Positions 43,540-59,355 of a DNA stretch of 64,000 nt are shown one piece after another. The notes below the pieces were generated by a model. It was given only the letters and a program-made list of their open reading frames with translations. It searched no databases and was not told the origin of the DNA. The position numbers and the translations under genes were made by a program. The stretch is taken from assembly GCA_964016885.1 (NCBI GenBank), contig OZ024758.1, forward strand, positions 434,001-498,000, written 5' to 3'. Position 1 is the first letter of the stretch. Each line of letters opens with the position of its first letter. This DNA comes from Eledone cirrhosa (Eukaryota).

Positions 43540-44227
43540 GATTGTATGTGTGTGTATCTTCCTGTGTCTGTATTTGATCAATTACTGTTCATCTTTTGAT
43601 ATATCGTTGCTTTGTTAAAACAAACGATCTGATAATCTTTTCACCGATTTCACATTCTCTAAATGTTGGTTGCATTAGTGTTTGTAAGTAGATGTAATGT
43701 GTTTTCTAAAAGAAAAGAAGACAGCTTAACGGAGCTTTCAGCTATATCTATATCCGTCTTCATAACCAAAGCAAAGTGAGTGTTGATGTGCTAATCTTTG
43801 GACAAACATTTCGTTGGACACCACTAATCGGATCCTCTCTGCAATTATATTACAGTTTGAGCGTAAACAAGTGTTGGCATCAATTAAAAATGTCTGAGAT
43901 ATTATAATTGGTTGGCATTTAAAATAAGGTGTTAAAACCGTTGTTATATTGCAATTAGTGGGGAGTGTTTGTTATTGACGTTAGTTACTTTGCACTGTAA
44001 GTAAGTGACCATAAAAGTGTGTCATATGCTTAACTGCTATTAAAATAAATTTATTCGTTTTAATTCTAATTATTGATTTTTATTTTATAGAAATAAACAT
44101 GCATAAAATTATGCATAAATAGACCTACTTTACACTAATACAGATAGGATTTTGGTTATATAAAGGAGATAAACGTACTCAATACATATAAGGTTTATTG
44201 AGCCGCTACTTAGACATTGTCATCATT

Positions 44228-44293
<66 letters not shown>

Positions 44294-44383
44294 AGCGTGT
44301 GTGTATGTATAAATACTTGCATATATCCACACACATGTATGTACGTGCGTGTGCATTTGTGTGTCATTAGAGAGATATTTACG

Positions 44384-44504
<121 letters not shown>

Positions 44505-44849
44505 TGTGCATGTTTGTGTATTGTCCATATAGGTATACATCAATATTGAGTGCCAGCAAGCGCATATATATATTTATTGCACCCTCGAGACTCAACCACT
44601 GCCAGCTATTACAAGGCACTTCCAATTATATGGTTCGCAATACCGTTAATTCCTCGAATCTCCCCAACTTCAAGTATTGATATCTGCTTATATTTGTTGT
44701 GCATGTATGTACGTTTATATGTCTAGTTGCATACACTTGTGTACGCATGTTTATGTATATATATTAAATTATATATATATATCTTTATATATGTAAAAAT
44801 ATCTATATATAATATGTATATATATACATATTTATTTATATATTAATTT

Positions 44850-45050
44850 TAGGATTAATCAATACATATAAAATATATATCAATAATGTTTCTCGGTACA
44901 AAGCTCAATAAACTTCATTTCAGAGCATCAAACGTTTAAAGGATATATAACAAGATATATCAATTGAGAAACATATAGTATATATATAGCTTGTACATAT
45001 ATACAGAACATATGTAAAGATACATACTTTAAAATGTTATAATGGCCTTC
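44850..45050. repeat. Second copy of the repeat at 14050-14390, without the SINE
   Basis: Direct alignment by eye. Confidence 0.6.
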
Positions 45051-45179
45051 AATTCCATAGACATGTATGTTTCTAGAATTGAAGAGAAAAATACAAACCT
45101 TTGATCTCAGTGATTAATATCAATCACCAATTATCGATTATGGTTCCAAACATCCAAAGACCTTGATATCTATATGTTA

Positions 45180-45366
45180 TTAGGCTGACCGTGATGATAA
45201 AGTTGCGAAATCTTGCATGTATTAGTTTCAACTCCTCTTATTAATAACTGCATTATTTATTTCGAGGGGCTACGTAGATAAATAAGCCGCATTTGGTCAT
45301 GCCAGGAGAGAATCTTGGTCAGCCTATGAAAGTTTCAGTCTATGAATATTTCCGCCGATCCTCGTA
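45180..45366. mobile_element. Mariner-like MITE copy
   Basis: Aligns to 14740-14922 and ends ..GCCGATCCTCGTA. Confidence 0.65.
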
Positions 45367-46362
45367 TATTTAGCAAATCGAACGATCATGTAGATCTCGT
45401 TTGTCATTATTGCAATGAAGTCACTGCCTACAAGAGCTCATTTAATAACTGTTTTTTTGAAAAAAAACAACACTTAACAGTTCAACATGTCTCTAAATCA
45501 ATTATTCAATATTAATGGTTCACCTTACGCTGGAATCGACTTCGTCTAGCAACCACTCAAGATTCGAGCCAAAGTAAAAGCTCTTAGATGATAGCCCAAC
45601 CTGCAAGAAACTTCTACTAAATTTCCCTTAAATAATTACTTTTAAATAAGGAATGATTCATTACTCATGAATCAATTTAGAGAGTTATAAGAAAATTACT
45701 GGAGAGTCAAACTTAAAATGTCTTTGATCATAGCTCTGCCCAATCAAGGCTGAACTGTACTTACATAGCAACAACATTAACAACATAAGAAATACGTAGC
45801 AATTGGTAGAAATAGTTCATTTTGGTAAATTAAGTTATAGTAAACATGGTCACTCACCATTCTGAGTTTAAAACACGTCATCGACTTTCAAGAGTTTATA
45901 ACAAAACTTTGTGAAGTACTTTTCATTGGAATCAATCAATAACAACTCATATCCCGTCAAACTATTGCCAAGGACAATAGCTGTCCATTTCACAATAATA
46001 TGAATTGAAAATAATTTCAGGCTTAAATTGAAAAAGTTCATCTTAAATTTCAATAATACTCTAATAAACGAAATTGTTACCGTTTAAAATATTAACATAA
46101 AGTAACTAACTTCAACACACACACACGTACACACAGAGGCGCGCACGCACTTACATACATATAAACACAAACAAACACACACAAGCACGCTCACACTCAC
46201 ATATTCATACATATAGATTTATACACACACGCAGCAAACACACAAACACACACATACACACACGCAAACACACAAACACACACACACATACACACACACA
46301 AGCACACACACATACATATATATTTATATACATACACACACACACACATATACACACACACA

Positions 46363-46431
<69 letters not shown>

Positions 46432-46825
46432 TTTCTTCTTGTGCATTTTTTAAATTTATATTTGTTTAACAACGAACTCAATATTTCGTTGATATACGAA
46501 AATAAATTTAGTGCAAAACGGGTGGGTCTTCTAGAAGATTCTGAGAATAAGTTGGTAAGTAGTGTATAAGATAATTAAGGATCTCGACGATAAAACGGCT
46601 GTGAGTGCATCGATGTATATTTTCTAAACACCAGATTTCTTAACCGCCAAATTTGTTTAGCTGCATCTAATTTGTGTCCGATACCAATGCTAAATCAACA
46701 TAATGAAACACAAACAGACACTAATTTAAAAGAAAATAAGCACCACACATACACAAAAATATATATGTATATGCATCTGTATTTCTATTTGTGTGTGCGC
46801 GTATATGCATATATGTGAATGTATG

Positions 46826-46883
<58 letters not shown>

Positions 46884-48404
46884 TATATGCGTATATGTTT
46901 TTATAACCTAAACGTATATGAAATCTGATGATCAAAAAGGTGGGACGCAAGAAGACGAAGAAGAAGAAGACGAAGAAGATGAAGAAGATGAAGAAGATGG
47001 AGAAGAAGAAAGGTTGATGAAGATCTTGATGAAGATGGTGGGGATGAGGATGGAGATGTATTGGTAGGGGTGACTGTTTCGTACTATTGGTGTTGCTATG
47101 TTTTGGTGGATGTGGAGGTTAGGGAGATGATATCCTTAATGAAGAAGACCAAGAAGACGAAAAGAAATTGTGAATAAGACTAAGGAAATTGAATTGATTG
47201 CAATTAAGGGAGTTTATTTATTTTCTTGGTGGTTGTTAAACAGCTCCCCTTCCAACGTCTACCAAAAAGAACAGAAAAAATAGTTGCAGTGATTGTATAT
47301 TTAAGATGGGAATGTCATGGCTTTTTCGATTAACTGTGGTTTCATATCCTACCACAAAAATGTTGTTCTCTTCGTCTCGTTGGATATCTAAACCTCGGGG
47401 AACATCAACTAGAAATTGTACATGTGATCAGGAAATTGTGTTCGTTCATTTACTTAATATTGCAAAAGGCAAAGTTGATAATATGTGAGACTCCCCTCCG
47501 AAATATCCACAATGCTGCTATAACAAACTCATGATGATCTTATAACCACTTCCACCACTGAGAAAAATATTTTACTTTTTGCTGAGGGTTTGCTCTCTGT
47601 TGTCTGAGTTGTTCTTTCACGGAAATTCATTAACCGTATCTATTATGAAGCTTGCTCCCAACTCCTTAGTTCTTGAATCACTCGGCTTTCTGAGCCCATT
47701 ACCTGCCAGGTTGGACGGACTTAATCTAGTTATAAATCCAGGGCATCCCACCTCAAAGGGAAGCAACAAACTGCCCCCATCGAATCGGGACTGCTTAAGT
47801 TCTTCATATTTTATATACTATGTTTCATACACCCACTACATTCTGCCCTCTCATTTATATATGATGGAGTCTTGTTCCGTGGATGGAGTCTTGTTCTTGT
47901 CTTATGTTGCTGGATTGAAAAGTCATCTCCGTACTCCTGTGAAGTTGCAGATTTGATGGAATGATTGAGCTGATACTGAGACGGCAATGACCTGTGTATG
48001 TATGTATGTATCTTCTTCTTCACTTAACAACTACAATGGGAAGCCAGTCCATTGTATGGAGTCAGCAAATTCAGCTAATCATATTTATTATCTGAATTGG
48101 ATTATTTAATTTCGAACCGAAATAAGATATATTTGGAATAATGTTATGAATATAATCAACAACGATAGGAGTATCTACAAGACCTGCCACTGGCACACTT
48201 CTAAGACGTGGTCTCGTCTAATGCTATTAAAGGCGTTTTGCATTATCCTATTTAACACTGTGACGATGTGCTACATGCTCGATGAAGTATTTTCCTTACA
48301 TCCACTTTTAACACCACCTTCAGTTGAAGGGGGTACAGTTCCTGACAGAAGGCCCCACAAGTTGAATTGATGACTGTACAAAGTTAACTAAAATATAGGT
48401 AAAG

Positions 48405-48496
48405 TTTCGTGAGATGGATTCGAACGAGTGACGTTAGGATAACAGTTTCTAAACCCTTACTACAGCGCTCCACTCTAACAACTGAGCTATCGCCAG
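48405..48496 (-). pseudogene. Decayed intron-containing tRNA-Tyr(GUA)
   Basis: Minus strand CGATAGCTCAGTTGTTAGAGTGGAGCGCTGTAG-[~19 nt]-ATCCTAACGTCACTCGTTCGAATCC follows the animal tRNA-Tyr layout; the acceptor stem is mismatched. Confidence 0.6.
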
Positions 48497-48638
48497 AAAT
48501 ATTTAGCAGCTGTCAAAATATATTACCTAATGTTACTAAGTGATATCACGTGCTTTAAGGCATTTTAGGATTTAGAAGTTGATGTATATATGTATGTGTG
48601 TGTATATGTGTATGTATATGTGTTTATATGTATATATG

Positions 48639-48737
<99 letters not shown>

Positions 48738-48846
48738 GTGTATATATGTATATACTCTGTGTATACATGTATTTTTTCTGTTATTTTAATTCAGCCTCAC
48801 TTCATTTTTAATAGATTTTAATTTCAAATCTTATATCCATAACATA

Positions 48847-48924
48847 AATATTTCATCTGATGAGCGAACTGGACGTTTTTGTTAGAATTATCTGATTTCC
48901 CGAAACCTTAGGTAATGGAATATT
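48847..48924 (+). ncRNA. Type I hammerhead ribozyme (family F)
   Basis: AATATTTCAT-CTGATGA-GCGAA..TTCCC-GAAA-CCTTAGG-TA-ATGGAATATT. Stem I is 10 bp, stem III is ACCT/AGGT and the site is GUA; (TA)n follows about 12 nt downstream. Confidence 0.7.
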
Positions 48925-48933
48925 GTTGTTTAT

Positions 48934-48971
<38 letters not shown>

Positions 48972-49302
48972 AAAAATAATAGAGGTGTGACACACGAGTT
49001 GTGATATATTAGTAAAAAGGAAAAGAAAATGCTGATAAATTTTTCCCAGTGAAAAATATTAATTTAATTAGGAATAAGTATAAATTAGTAATAAGTATTA
49101 GTTAGTATTCAGTTTTAGTTTTAAGTTTTTACCGGTTACGCATTTCTTATGCTTTTCAAAAATAATTTTGAGATAGAGTGCTCGTGATTTTTGTTCTAAT
49201 CTGATCAGTTTTGGAAATACTTCCTGTTTTATGTGAAAAAAGTGGCTTGGGAGGTATTAAGATTTGGTTGGTTGTTGAATGTTTCGTGATAAGCACTATA
49301 AA

Positions 49303-49415
49303 TTTCGCGCCAATTCGTGTTGCAAAAATTCTTGTAGTCAAAACAATTTTGATTGGTCGGTAGAAGTCACATAAATGTTTAAATTGATTTTAGCGCGAAA
49401 TGGTTTCGCGCCAAA
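49303..49415. promoter_or_regulatory. Cluster of three E2F-like sites with a CCAAT box
   Basis: TTTCGCGCCAA at 49303, GCGCGAAA at 49393, TTTCGCGCCAAA at 49404 and ATTGG at 49352. Confidence 0.4.
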
Positions 49416-49804
49416 TGTAGGTTTGTCGAAGAGTATCCTTTTTCGCTTGATTGAGTTGCAGTCATGTTGAGAGGTCAACAGTTCAGGTGTCTATTAAGAC
49501 AAATGTGTGTGTGTGTGTGTTTGTGTGTGTAGCAAAGTAGTTCATTGTTGTGATAATGGAAATGAATCGGTCAGTAGGAATGTGTGTGTACGTGTGTGTG
49601 TGTGTATAACAGGAGGCTGGACTGGTGTAATTCCTTAAAAGGTTTATTATACTATGATCATTTCAATGACCGTGTTCAGTATGAATCCGGTGACTTGATC
49701 AGGTATTCGAAATATAATAAAGGAATGTAATCCATGGTGCTGAAAATTGGAGACATGAGGGCGGCCGACCATTTAGCAGCTACCAGCCAGTCAATCGCCC
49801 TCAA

Positions 49805-50351
<547 letters not shown>

Positions 50352-51071
50352 TGAGTGCCACCTTGCGTGATCACACCATATACATATATAGATACATAGA
50401 TATATACATATACATACATATACATAGATATATACATACATACATATATACATACATACATACATACATACATACATACACATAGCCTCTCATGCATGAT
50501 CACACCATATACGCATACATACATACAGCCTCTCATGCATGATCGCACCATATACACAAATACACACATTCACACATATATGCACAAATACACACATTCA
50601 CACACATATGCACAAATACACACATTCACATAGCTCCTCGCCCAGTTTCATTGAGATACGTTTTTCACATACACGTTTTTAGAGAGATGAACAACCACAC
50701 ACTCACCACATACACAAACTTATATATTCCCACACACATTCATAACCACACCCTCGCACACATAGAGATTTACACATGCACACTCATTAGTAGATGCTCG
50801 CACATACATAAGAGTATTCACTCAGAAACTCACACACAGAGATAGCTAAAGATTACCCCACGGCATTTATAATATAATGAAATACATGAAATTAAGCATA
50901 ATAATAGGGATTCTTAACAATGGGTGGAATATTTCCAAGTTGGGGCCTCATCCATTAAATATTTACACTTGACTCTTACACTTATTCCAACTTAGTTTCC
51001 AGTTGGTATTATAGTTTCTTGATCCTTGTAATGATGAAAGGTAAATTTAGCAGCCCTGGGAATTGAACGAG

Positions 51072-51350
51072 TGGAGGTCCATGGTCTTTTGGTAAAGATA
51101 TCAGACTTGCGATCATAATGTCGCGTGCTCGATTCTTTGATTTGGTTTTGTGTTGTGTTCTTGAGAAAAGAATCATTTCGCGTTGGTCTAGTTTACTCAG
51201 CTGAAAATGAGTACCAGCAATAGCTGGGGGTTACCAAGTGATAGATTGGCGCCCTGTCCAGGGGGAAGTCTTGTACTCTCAGTGGCTTAACACCATGGAA
51301 AATGGGATAAGAACCGATCAGCCTCCAGTCTCGAGGCAAATTTAGACGGT
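51072..51350 (+). mobile_element. tRNA-derived SINE (family S2) nested in a decayed S1 SINE
   Basis: tRNA-like head and core GTTTACTCAGCTGAAAATGAGTACC..CCCTGTCCAGGGGG. It is flanked by GAATTGAAC direct repeats at 51060 and 51357, and S1 halves lie on either side. Confidence 0.6.
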
Positions 51351-51460
51351 TTTTTAGAATTGAACTCACAGCATAAAGGCATATTACTACAGTGTATTTT
51401 GTCCGCTACGCGACTGGATCTACCAACCCAAGCTTTCATTAACTTTAGTAATGATTCAAA

Positions 51461-51555
51461 GGTGGATTGGCTGTATCGGTAGAGCGTCGGACATATAGAT
51501 ACGTCTCTTTACGTTCCAAGTTGAGATCCCGCCGAGATTAGCTTTGACTTTCAAG
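51461..51555 (+). mobile_element. SINE S1 5' fragment
   Basis: GATTGGCTGTATCGGTAGAGCGTCGGAC..GATCCCGCCGAG. Confidence 0.6.
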
Positions 51556-52640
51556 TGGATTTAACTGCTATATTTAAAACATCGACGCTTTCTCGTTGAT
51601 TTAAACCAATTTGAGGCCTGAATGAGAAAATGTATTAAAAGCGTTCCATCCAAGACTATCCCATACTCTTCTATGATGTTACATATATAGAACAACATTA
51701 TTCAACGTGACTTCTCCCTTCTCAGACGGCTGCGTTTAATTTGAGCGTGATTTGACTGCTATGTCAAGTAGGTGAAATAAGAGATGTCTTTTATAACTTA
51801 GAGTGGTGGTATCGATGACCCTTTCCAACAGCCTCCGATCCGAGAATTGTGGAAGTGAGGAAGCTATCCTTAAATCGGAGACTTCAACAGAATGAACTCC
51901 GCTAAAAGCAATCAAGGGCCAGGAAATGATGTTAAACCGACAGGCCGATTATATATGCCCCACAACTAAGTAGACCACTGGGAGATTTAAACCCCAGACA
52001 GCAAAACCCCACAAGAAATACCGCAAGGTATCATATCCAAAGTTATGAGGATTCCACAAGCCAACCGTTCTGGACTTCTACTTATCGGATCGGACTGTTG
52101 CAAAACAAAGTTAACCGCTGCGAGATTTGAACCCAGAAAGCGAGAATTCACACGACATCTCAGCCGCTGCTCTAAACATTCTACTAATTCGCCGTACAGT
52201 ATTTCTTTCTCTATAAAGATTTTTTCCTCAACAATTTCCGCTACGTTATTAGGCATTTATTTACACCCGCCTCTACATTACATCTAAACAAGCTTCAGTG
52301 ATATTAAATAACACGATAACCCCGCCTCTTTTCTATACTACCTCCTCTTTGTAAATCAACTCTACTGTATTTCATTACCGATAAATGGAATATCTGACAC
52401 TCTGTCAGTCAGTTAGTCAGTCAGGCAAATAGACAGATATTTCAGTCATTTGTGACAACCAGTGAAACTAGGTGGCTGGCCGGGCAACGGTTTGTGGTAG
52501 ACAGAATTCAGATTATAAGAATTCAAACACAAAACACGAAAGAGAAGAATTTACAAAAAATTGTGTAATGGACTATCAAATGGAGGGAAACACTTTGGGT
52601 GGTGCAATTCAGAGATAAATTCTGAAACGGTTCTCGAAAG

Positions 52641-52681
<41 letters not shown>

Positions 52682-52683
52682 AA

Positions 52684-52734
52684 AAAGTCGAGACCCGACG
52701 GCTGAACTCTTGCCGTTTCAACAGCTGGTTCCAG
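52684..52734 (-). mobile_element. Family A pLTR fragment (hammerhead 3' half) between (TC)n and (TA)n
   Basis: Minus strand TCTGGAACCAGCTGTT-GAAAC-GGC-AAGAGTTCA-GCC-GTC-GGGTC, with a perfect stem III and GUC. Confidence 0.55.
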
Positions 52735-53594
52735 ATATATATATATATATATATATATATAATAAAGAGAGAGAGAGAGATGTGATTTGTTATGCAATTC
52801 GTATACAAATGCAAACCAAGAAAAGTGAGACAACAAAATAAATTTAGATTGAGAAGAAAGAATGGAATGTAAAAAAAGAAAATATATATAAAAAAAAACG
52901 AACGGAAAAGGAAGAGAAAGACAAGGGTTCTAGTGTTACAGAAGAATGGGGAGGGGAAAGTGGGGATGATTGGGCTCTGGGCCTTGGGCACGGCAGTAAT
53001 GGGGCTGCGACCCTCGGACAAAAACATTCCCGCGGACAATAGCCAGCGGCGAGAAAAAGAAAGAATAAAGAAGAATGAAGAAAAAAGAAGAAAAGAAAAA
53101 GAAAAAGAAAGAAACAAGACGAAGACGAATGAAGAAAAAGAAGAAAAAGAAGAAAGAAAAAAGAAGAAGAAGGGAAACGAGGAGGAATATAGAAAGATTT
53201 TAAAACATGGTAGAGAGGGAAAAATGAGCGAATATTTCATGAGGAGGCGTTTATAAAACAAGAGTATTATATAAATGGCAGTTGTGACTATCTGACTATC
53301 TGACAGTCTGACAGTCGTCAGTGTGAGAGGGAGGAGCCTAATGGTTGATGTGGGCGGAGTTAAAAGAACATCTCTCAGGCGTCTTTACTGCTGATTATCA
53401 TATCCCTGCTATTACTAATACTACATACTATAGTAAGGAAGGAAGGAAGGAATGAAAGAAGGATGGAATAGTGGTGGTGGTGGTGGTGGTGGTGGTGGTG
53501 GTGGTGGTGGGGGGCAATGGAGTGAGAATTAGAAGAGAGAGAGTGGGAGAAAGAGAGCAATAAGTATATTGATGCCAATAGCACTACATCAATG

Positions 53595-53645
<51 letters not shown>

Positions 53646-53686
53646 GCTACTACATCCACTACTACTACTACCACCACCACCACTGA

Positions 53687-53746
<60 letters not shown>

Positions 53747-54910
53747 ATCCACTACTATTACCACCACCACCACCACCACCACCACCACCACCACCACCAC
53801 CACCACCACCACCACCGCCACTACCACCACCACCACCACCACCACCACCACCACCAACACCGACACCATAATAACAACTACAAGAATAACGACTGACAGA
53901 AACAACAACAACGATGAAATATACTAGAAAGAAAAAAGAAGAATGAGTGTCTGCCAAGGTCGAACGCCCAGAATCCTTGACATACACTTTGGCAGAGAGA
54001 TATGGAGTATGTGTTATGGAGTATGTGGCTTCGGTATGGCAGTTCGGGAGCACCGAAATCCGGCGGCCTCACGATACAATAAATAGCCGCCCTCTGTTGC
54101 AATGAGGATTTCATATTCTTCCCAAAATACATCAGGTGAGGAAATCAGGTTTACCACAGGTGTTGGATGATATTTGGGGAATTTGAGGAAATAATTCCCG
54201 CTTTCATTCACCTACCAAAACCACAGACACACACTCCAAACACAACCAAACCCGCAATAACTCCACCAGCACCATTTCCACCAACCACCGTCACAGTTTC
54301 CTCCGCCACGATGACCAATACCAACAAAAGTATTTGGTTTTGTTTAATCCAGAACCCCTCATATCAGCCAAATCAGCCATTGTATCTATGTTAGAACCAT
54401 TATTTATTCTAAAGAACATTCGAATAATTTGCGTCTCTTTATGTTTTGAGTTCCAATAATTCTGAAGTCACCCATGTCCTCCACCTTTCAGAAATCGATA
54501 AAAAACTAGTTAAAACCCAAGATTCATATATTCAACTGTTGCTCACAAAAGAGTTTCTGTGTCAGAAATCATTATTATAATTTTAATTGTTTTTAATTTA
54601 GGCAGAAAGCAATAAATGTTGTAAGACAGGTTCATAAATTAAATCACCCTGAGTATCTTACTGGTACACAATTTAATAAATACGAGAAGAACAAAATTCA
54701 AAGATGACTTAGGTGAGACTTGGATTCGCAAGTAAAGTCCTGATCAAATTCCACAAGTCATTTTCTCCAAATTTTTTTGGTTTTCTTCCGTTAATCAAGC
54801 AGATTAATTATTTGTTAAGCATCTACAAATTCTTAGACATTTTACCAGAACAGGAATATAATATTTGAAATTCTGAACCATTAACATAGTAAACTGTGGC
54901 TATATTAACA

Positions 54911-55111
54911 CACGACAGTCGGCTGAAAGGTTCCTTAACTGACCAAGATACTCTCATCGAATGATCAAAAGAGGTTTATATTTCAACATAGTCCGTGGAA
55001 AAAAACAATGCAGTTATTAATAAGAGGGGTTGAAATTAATGCATGCAAGATTTCACAGCTCCAGTATCATTATTTTATAGTCAGTCTATGATCTTTTCAG
55101 CCGACCTCGTA
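54911..55111. mobile_element. Mariner-like MITE copy (opposite orientation)
   Basis: TIRs CACGACAGTCGGCTGAAAGGTTC and GATCTTTTCAGCCGACCTCGTA. Confidence 0.7.
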
Positions 55112-55362
55112 GACATATTCTAATACTAAACATAAACTGTGTGCGGGATTTTTGAATTTGAGATATTGGACAGCTATCGGAATATTTATACCACACTTAA
55201 AGGGGCCTCGCTACTACATTGGAGAATTTACCGATTTCTGTTAAGCCTAAAGCTCTTATAAAGAGTTATTCAGTTCAATTCAATTGGAATGCTACACAAA
55301 TACAACGAAAGGCACAATTCGACATATTTCTTAAGTAAGCATTTTCCCATACACATTTACAC

Positions 55363-55451
<89 letters not shown>

Positions 55452-55532
55452 TGTGTGTATATATATATAGGAATTATACATACATATAATACAAAGACAT
55501 ACTCAAACACACACACTCTCACACTAACATAA

Positions 55533-55690
55533 ACATGAGGATGGTCTGAAAAGTTCATGCTAAAGCTGTGAAATCTTGTATTCATTAATTTCAGATCTAA
55601 TTAATAATTTAATTAGTTCTATTCATGGACTGTGTTGAAAAGAAAAACCTAAGTCATTCCTTTGAGTATCTTGGACAATCTATGAAGTTT
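55533..55690. mobile_element. Mariner-like MITE copy (decayed)
   Basis: CATGAGGATGGTCTGAAAAGTTCA.. is reverse-complementary to 54940-55110. Confidence 0.55.
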
Positions 55691-55703
55691 CCACCCGACG
55701 ATC

Positions 55704-55746
<43 letters not shown>

Positions 55747-55748
<2 letters not shown>

Positions 55749-55926
55749 AAAATGTATGACCCCGACGGCAGAGCTCAAGTCGTTTCGACGGCTATGTCCA
55801 GAAATAGCCGGCTTCAGCGCTGCCGTCGGGGTCATACATTTTCGTATTACCCACTCTACTACCCTAAGTATTGAGTACTCTGCTGCGTTATGGTCCATCT
55901 GGTTCCTTACCACAACTCCTTCGTTC
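55747..55926. mobile_element. Family A pLTR fold-back copy (reverse orientation to 3781)
   Basis: Its reverse complement aligns to 3781-3981; hairpin arms GAAAATGTATGACCCCGACGGCAG and CTGCCGTCGGGGTCATACATTTTC. Confidence 0.7.
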
Positions 55927-55966
55927 TCTCTCTCTATATATATAGCGTTTATTTTCATTGAAGAAT

Positions 55967-56053
<87 letters not shown>

Positions 56054-56153
56054 TATATATATGTCATTATAATTACTCTACTGTTTGGTACTGACTACTC
56101 ATTTGAAACGGTTTGCATATGTATATATATATATATTTATATTTATATATATG

Positions 56154-56232
<79 letters not shown>

Positions 56233-56275
56233 ATGTATTTATATATATATATGTATTTATATATATATATATGTG

Positions 56276-56306
<31 letters not shown>

Positions 56307-56364
56307 GTATTTATATATATATGTATATATATATATGTATATATATATATACACATATATATAT

Positions 56365-56422
<58 letters not shown>

Positions 56423-56446
56423 ATATATATACATATAAACATATAT

Positions 56447-56540
<94 letters not shown>

Positions 56541-56543
<3 letters not shown>

Positions 56544-56645
56544 CAAAAGGGATATTTAATTTGTTGGTAATTCAACAAATATAAACATTTTATAATTGAT
56601 TCGAAGCACTCGACAAGTTTTCTGGACTATACTATTCAATATTAA
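56541..56645 (-). mobile_element. Inverted family D pLTR tail between (TA)n tracts
   Basis: Reverse complement of about 40993-41090 (TCCAGAAAACTTGTCGAGTGCT..GAATTACCAACAAATT..CCCTTTTGCTT). Confidence 0.7.
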
Positions 56646-56706
56646 ATATCATTGTATATATATATATGTATTTATATATATATGTATATATATATGTATT
56701 TATATA

Positions 56707-56906
<200 letters not shown>

Positions 56907-56971
56907 TATATAGGAATAGAGGTATTAATAAAGAAGTTTCATATTATAAAGTATTCTAGTATATATATATG

Positions 56972-57118
<147 letters not shown>

Positions 57119-57251
57119 TTATATATATATTTATATATATGTATTTGTATATATATATATATATGTATTTATATATGTATATGTATTTATATATATATTT
57201 ATTTATAAGACAAAGATTAGTACGTATTTATATATATATATGTATTTATAA

Positions 57252-57425
57252 CTGAAATCAACAGCAATAGCCTATAGAATTAGAATGTCCCACTGTGGCC
57301 TTTGTAATATGGAGCTTTTCCAAATTTTAAAATACAACAAAATGCTACTTAACAATAAAATCGAAAGAACTATTTTCTGTAGGCATAAAACGGCGACCAA
57401 ATTTGAGAACTTTAGACCTGCCTAA
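57252..57425 (+). pseudogene. C-terminal fragment of a second PLE endonuclease (not in the ORF track)
   Basis: LKSTAIAYRIRMSHCGLCNMELFQILKYNKMLLNNKIERTIFCRHKTATKFENFRPA then a stop. It aligns with CDLCAEEIFFILK..LNLRTNLFSCCKHR of the 59566 ORF and is followed by a ~1.1-kb AT-rich tail to the (TA)n at 58560. Confidence 0.75.
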
Positions 57426-58559
57426 TTCATCCAATCTATTCCATAACCCAAATTGTACCACTTAGATCTATTATAATATCTTATAATATCCTATTATCCT
57501 CATTGTTATTATAATTGTCATCATCTCTCAATGAACCAACATCATAACCTCTTATATTTTACATTCATATTTTATATATCTCTATCTTTCACTTTCTATC
57601 TTTCTATTTCTCTCCCTAAATTTATTTAATCTCTGGCATTTTATCTTATTTTATCTCATCACATCCTTTTTACTTCTAATATAACTTGCAACTAATTAAT
57701 CAAATAATTAATTATATAATTAATTTATTAAAATAATCAATACACACATAAATATATTTAACATTATCATGTTTATACCTTCGTATCTCTCTATATTTTA
57801 ACCACTCTCAATAACCACTTTCAATAATCTTAATATGTTTAAATTTATTCGCACATTTTTACTTATTTATTTTCACATTTTGTATTATTTTGTAATCCTC
57901 GATGTAACTTGTTTATTTATTTTCATTTATTGATGTAGTAACATTAATTCATTTATTGTTGTTATCATTATTTTCCCTCTATATTTCTTTCTCTCTACCT
58001 TTATTTCTCCTTTAGTCTTTTCTCTCCTCTTTCTATCCTCCTTTCTCTAAGTCTTTTTTACTATGTCTTTTTCTGTCTCTATATCTCTCTCTGTTTTCCT
58101 TTCTCCTTTTTCTTTTTCTTTTTCCCTTTTCTTTCTTTCTTTTATCAATCTCTTTTTTTTAAATTCTCTCTGTATCTTTATTATTAATATTATTAATGAT
58201 GCTGTAATTTGAATTTGTAAATTTAACGGGTATTCTAGTTATCTCCGATGATCTGATTAAGCTAACACCGTATTTAAAATTGAGTGACACTGCTTCTAGT
58301 GTTCAGCAATTTTTAGACAACTGTCAGACTGTAAATAAATCCCCTTTTTGTACTGTTGACCATGTTATTCTTCACCTTTTCAATTTTATTACTCCTACGT
58401 AAGATAAACTTACATAGGAATACAAGTGAAATCATAAACTCGCCACCTACGTAAACCTCTTGTTGAGTTAAACAACGCCGTACGCTAAAACTATCCATAA
58501 TAAGTATTCACAACCTCTAACTGGATTTCCTATAACGATATTTTGTTATCCCTTGTATG

Positions 58560-58983
<424 letters not shown>

Positions 58984-59168
58984 TTCTACCTGGAGTTGCG
59001 ACCGATAGATAGTATTAGCAATTGGAAAGACCAACGGAAACATAGTTTCCTCGGTCCGATTTGACGAAAGTCGATCGACTAGAATATATATATATATATA
59101 TGTATTTATATATATATATTTCTCTCTCTCTCTCTCTCTGTATTTATATATATATATATATATATATG

Positions 59169-59218
<50 letters not shown>

Positions 59219-59299
59219 CCCCCCCCCCCACTCTCAAGAGCGTGAAACTAATAAACCTTTGTTCGTACTGCCTCTCTGTTTTGTTCCCGTTCCATTTTT

Positions 59300-59341
<42 letters not shown>

Positions 59342-59355
59342 TTAATATAGATGAG

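Noticed and set aside
52933-53256. 107-aa Lys/Glu-rich ORF
   Set aside because: It is low-complexity GAA/AAG purine DNA with no domain signal.
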